64,000 nucleotides of DNA from Alkalicoccus sp. (lineage in GTDB: Bacteria; Bacillota; Bacilli; Bacillales; Salisediminibacteriaceae), in assembly GCA_007692495.1 (NCBI GenBank), contig REBZ01000152.1, forward strand, positions 16,626 to 80,625, given 5' to 3'. Position numbers and translations under genes: made by a program. The notes below the pieces were generated by a model, which saw nothing but the letters and a program-made list of their open reading frames with translations, did not search any database and was not told where the DNA came from. Shown here in pieces: positions 63,361-64,000 of this stretch (position 1 is its first letter; every line of letters starts with the position of its first letter).

Positions 63361-64000
63361 TTAATTTAAGTGATGTTTAATAATCAGTTCGGCTACGTTC
63401 TGCCCACTTAAAGTGACCATGGGAGATCCGCCTCCCGGATGAGTGCTTCCCCCTGAGAAATAAAGATTGTTAAGATCGGCTGCTTTATTGAAAGGACGAA
63501 GGAAAGTGTTTTTCTTTTTGTTTGAAGACAGGCCGTAAAGTGCGCCCCGGTATGCATTGAACCTTTTTTCAATAACTGCGGGAGATACTTCCATAGAGTC
63601 AGTAATGGAAGAAGAAAGGTCCAGTCCAAACCTGCGGAGTTTTTCGAATACAATTTCTTTGGAAAATTTATGCGTTGAAGCCCCGTTGGAGAGCGGAGGG
63701 GCATTTACGAGTATAAATAAATTGTCGCCGTCAGGAGAGCGGGAAGGTTCTGTTTTGGAAGAAGTACATATATATACAGTAGGATCACTGCTGTACTGGC
63801 CTTTATTAAAAATATCTTCAAATTCTTTTTTAGGATTCCGGCTGAAAAAAACATGGTGATGGTTGAGGGGATGACGCTTATTTGAAGCGGCCATAAGCAC
63901 ATAAGCGGAAACGGACGGATCAGATGAAGCAGCTTTTTTATCAGAGAACGATGGTCGGTGCTCTGAGGCAACAAGACGGGGATACTGGCTCAAAAGATCT
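63361..64000 (-). CDS. C-terminal part of a CrtP/CrtNb-like carotenoid oxidase, truncated by the window edge
   Basis: HHHVFFS, DPTVYIC, LFILVNAP, GALYG, GGSTHPGGGSPMVTLSG. Confidence 0.78.
   Translation of the reverse strand, partial: DLLSQYPRLVASEHRPSFSDKKAASSDPSVSAYVLMAASNKRHPLNHHHVFFSRNPKKEFEDIFNKGQYSSDPTVYICTSSKTEPSRSPDGDNLFILVNAPPLSNGASTHKFSKEIVFEKLRRFGLDLSSSITDSMEVSPAVIEKRFNAYRGALYGLSSNKKKNTFLRPFNKAADLNNLYFSGGSTHPGGGSPMVTLSGQNVAELIIKHHLN

Noticed and set aside
1-64000. CRISPR array, cas genes, transposases or defence systems
   Set aside because: No regularly spaced repeats or matching protein motifs were seen.

Overview
Core-chromosome segment of a Bacillaceae genome, syntenic with the B. 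subtilis/H. halodurans comG-gcv-efp-acc-nusB-ispA-dxs-recN-spo0A-bkd-yqj region. The organism is probably a halo/alkaliphile and probably non-sporulating (inference): it has an OLE RNA, a NaChBac-type Na+ channel and C30 carotenoid genes, and spoIIIA and spoIVB are missing from their usual positions while spo0A is intact. The main non-coding feature is a ~560-nt highly structured RNA gene (24196-24754) with its own promoter between ispA and a membrane-protein gene. It matches the OLE RNA/OapA ribonucleoprotein system, which is known but has no resolved biochemical function. Other items not visible in the ORF track are a tandem glycine riboswitch, tandem NrdR boxes, a tRNA-Arg(UCG), a 29-aa Prli42-like miniprotein, a decayed MITE-like element, a TnrA box, SigB-like promoters and a CarH/LitR-like operator before the crt operon. 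Unusual proteins include a stand-alone sigma region-3-like 64-aa protein and a B12-binding/methylmalonyl-CoA epimerase fusion. All calls come from reading the sequence and recalled family motifs; no searches were run. No CRISPR array, prophage or transposase was seen.
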